5,807 nt of DNA from Prevotella phage Lak-C1: the sequence record MK250029.1; one strand, written 5' to 3'. Under the pieces are notes generated by a model. The model had not been told where the DNA came from and ran no database searches. It was given only the letters and a program-made list of their open reading frames with translations. The stretch's first letter is position 1; each line of letters starts with the position of its first letter. Both the position numbers and the translations under genes were made by a program. Below, piece after piece: positions 5,613-5,807 of this stretch.

Positions 5613-5807
5613 ATGACATTTGTTATTATAGTAATAGTTATTTGCTTAACTGTATATGGTATTATATCATCTAAACATAATGCAGAAGAAAGTAAAGCAT
5701 TTTGGGGTGATCATTCAGATTCATCTGATGTTAAGAAATTAAAGTCAAGAATGAAACTTTTGATTGATAGAGTAGATTTACTTGAGGAACGAATTAATAA
5801 GTTAGAT
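5613..5807 (+). CDS. Hypothetical membrane-anchored protein, truncated by the window end
   Basis: Open frame MTFVIIVIVICLTVYGIISSKHNAEESKAFWGDHSDSSDVKKLKSRMKLLIDRVDLLEERINKLD…: one hydrophobic N-terminal segment followed by a coiled-coil-like charged heptad region; no stop before 5807. Confidence 0.65.
   Translation, partial: MTFVIIVIVICLTVYGIISSKHNAEESKAFWGDHSDSSDVKKLKSRMKLLIDRVDLLEERINKLD

Overview
AT-rich, single-orientation (+) window that looks like a phage genome from a Bacteroidetes-type host (inference: TAnnTTTG promoter motifs, no clear Shine-Dalgarno sites, small dense ORFs). Coding content: the tail of an upstream ORF (3..89), three unassigned ORFs (199..1206, 1210..1632, 1616..2110), a small ORF (2391..2609), a NadR-type bifunctional NMN adenylyltransferase/ribosylnicotinamide kinase (3788..4948), a PnuC-type nicotinamide riboside transporter (best start ~4932, to 5597) and a truncated membrane/coiled-coil ORF (5613..5807). 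The most unusual part is a ~1 kb ORF-poor tract (about 2651..3624). It follows a promoter motif and contains many helices that I could pair exactly by eye: a 9-bp helix starting at the predicted transcription start (2651-2659/2746-2754), a hairpin whose whole loop CGGCAA is complementary to a distal TTGCCG (pseudoknot), and a final 149-nt domain closed by an 11-bp perfect helix just before a T-run. Two tRNA-like elements lie inside it, and a third lies at 2118..2371. Two of the three (2118..2371, 2977..3147) have acceptor, D and T arms but carry roughly 100-180 nt in the anticodon loop, so they look like interrupted tRNAs. I propose a large structured phage ncRNA and/or intron-containing tRNA array as the candidate undescribed system. 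Three promoter copies share exact T7-N17-TATCTTTG geometry, and in two of them the T7 block is also the U-tract of an upstream terminator. All structures were found by eye; no folding, covariance or database search was run.
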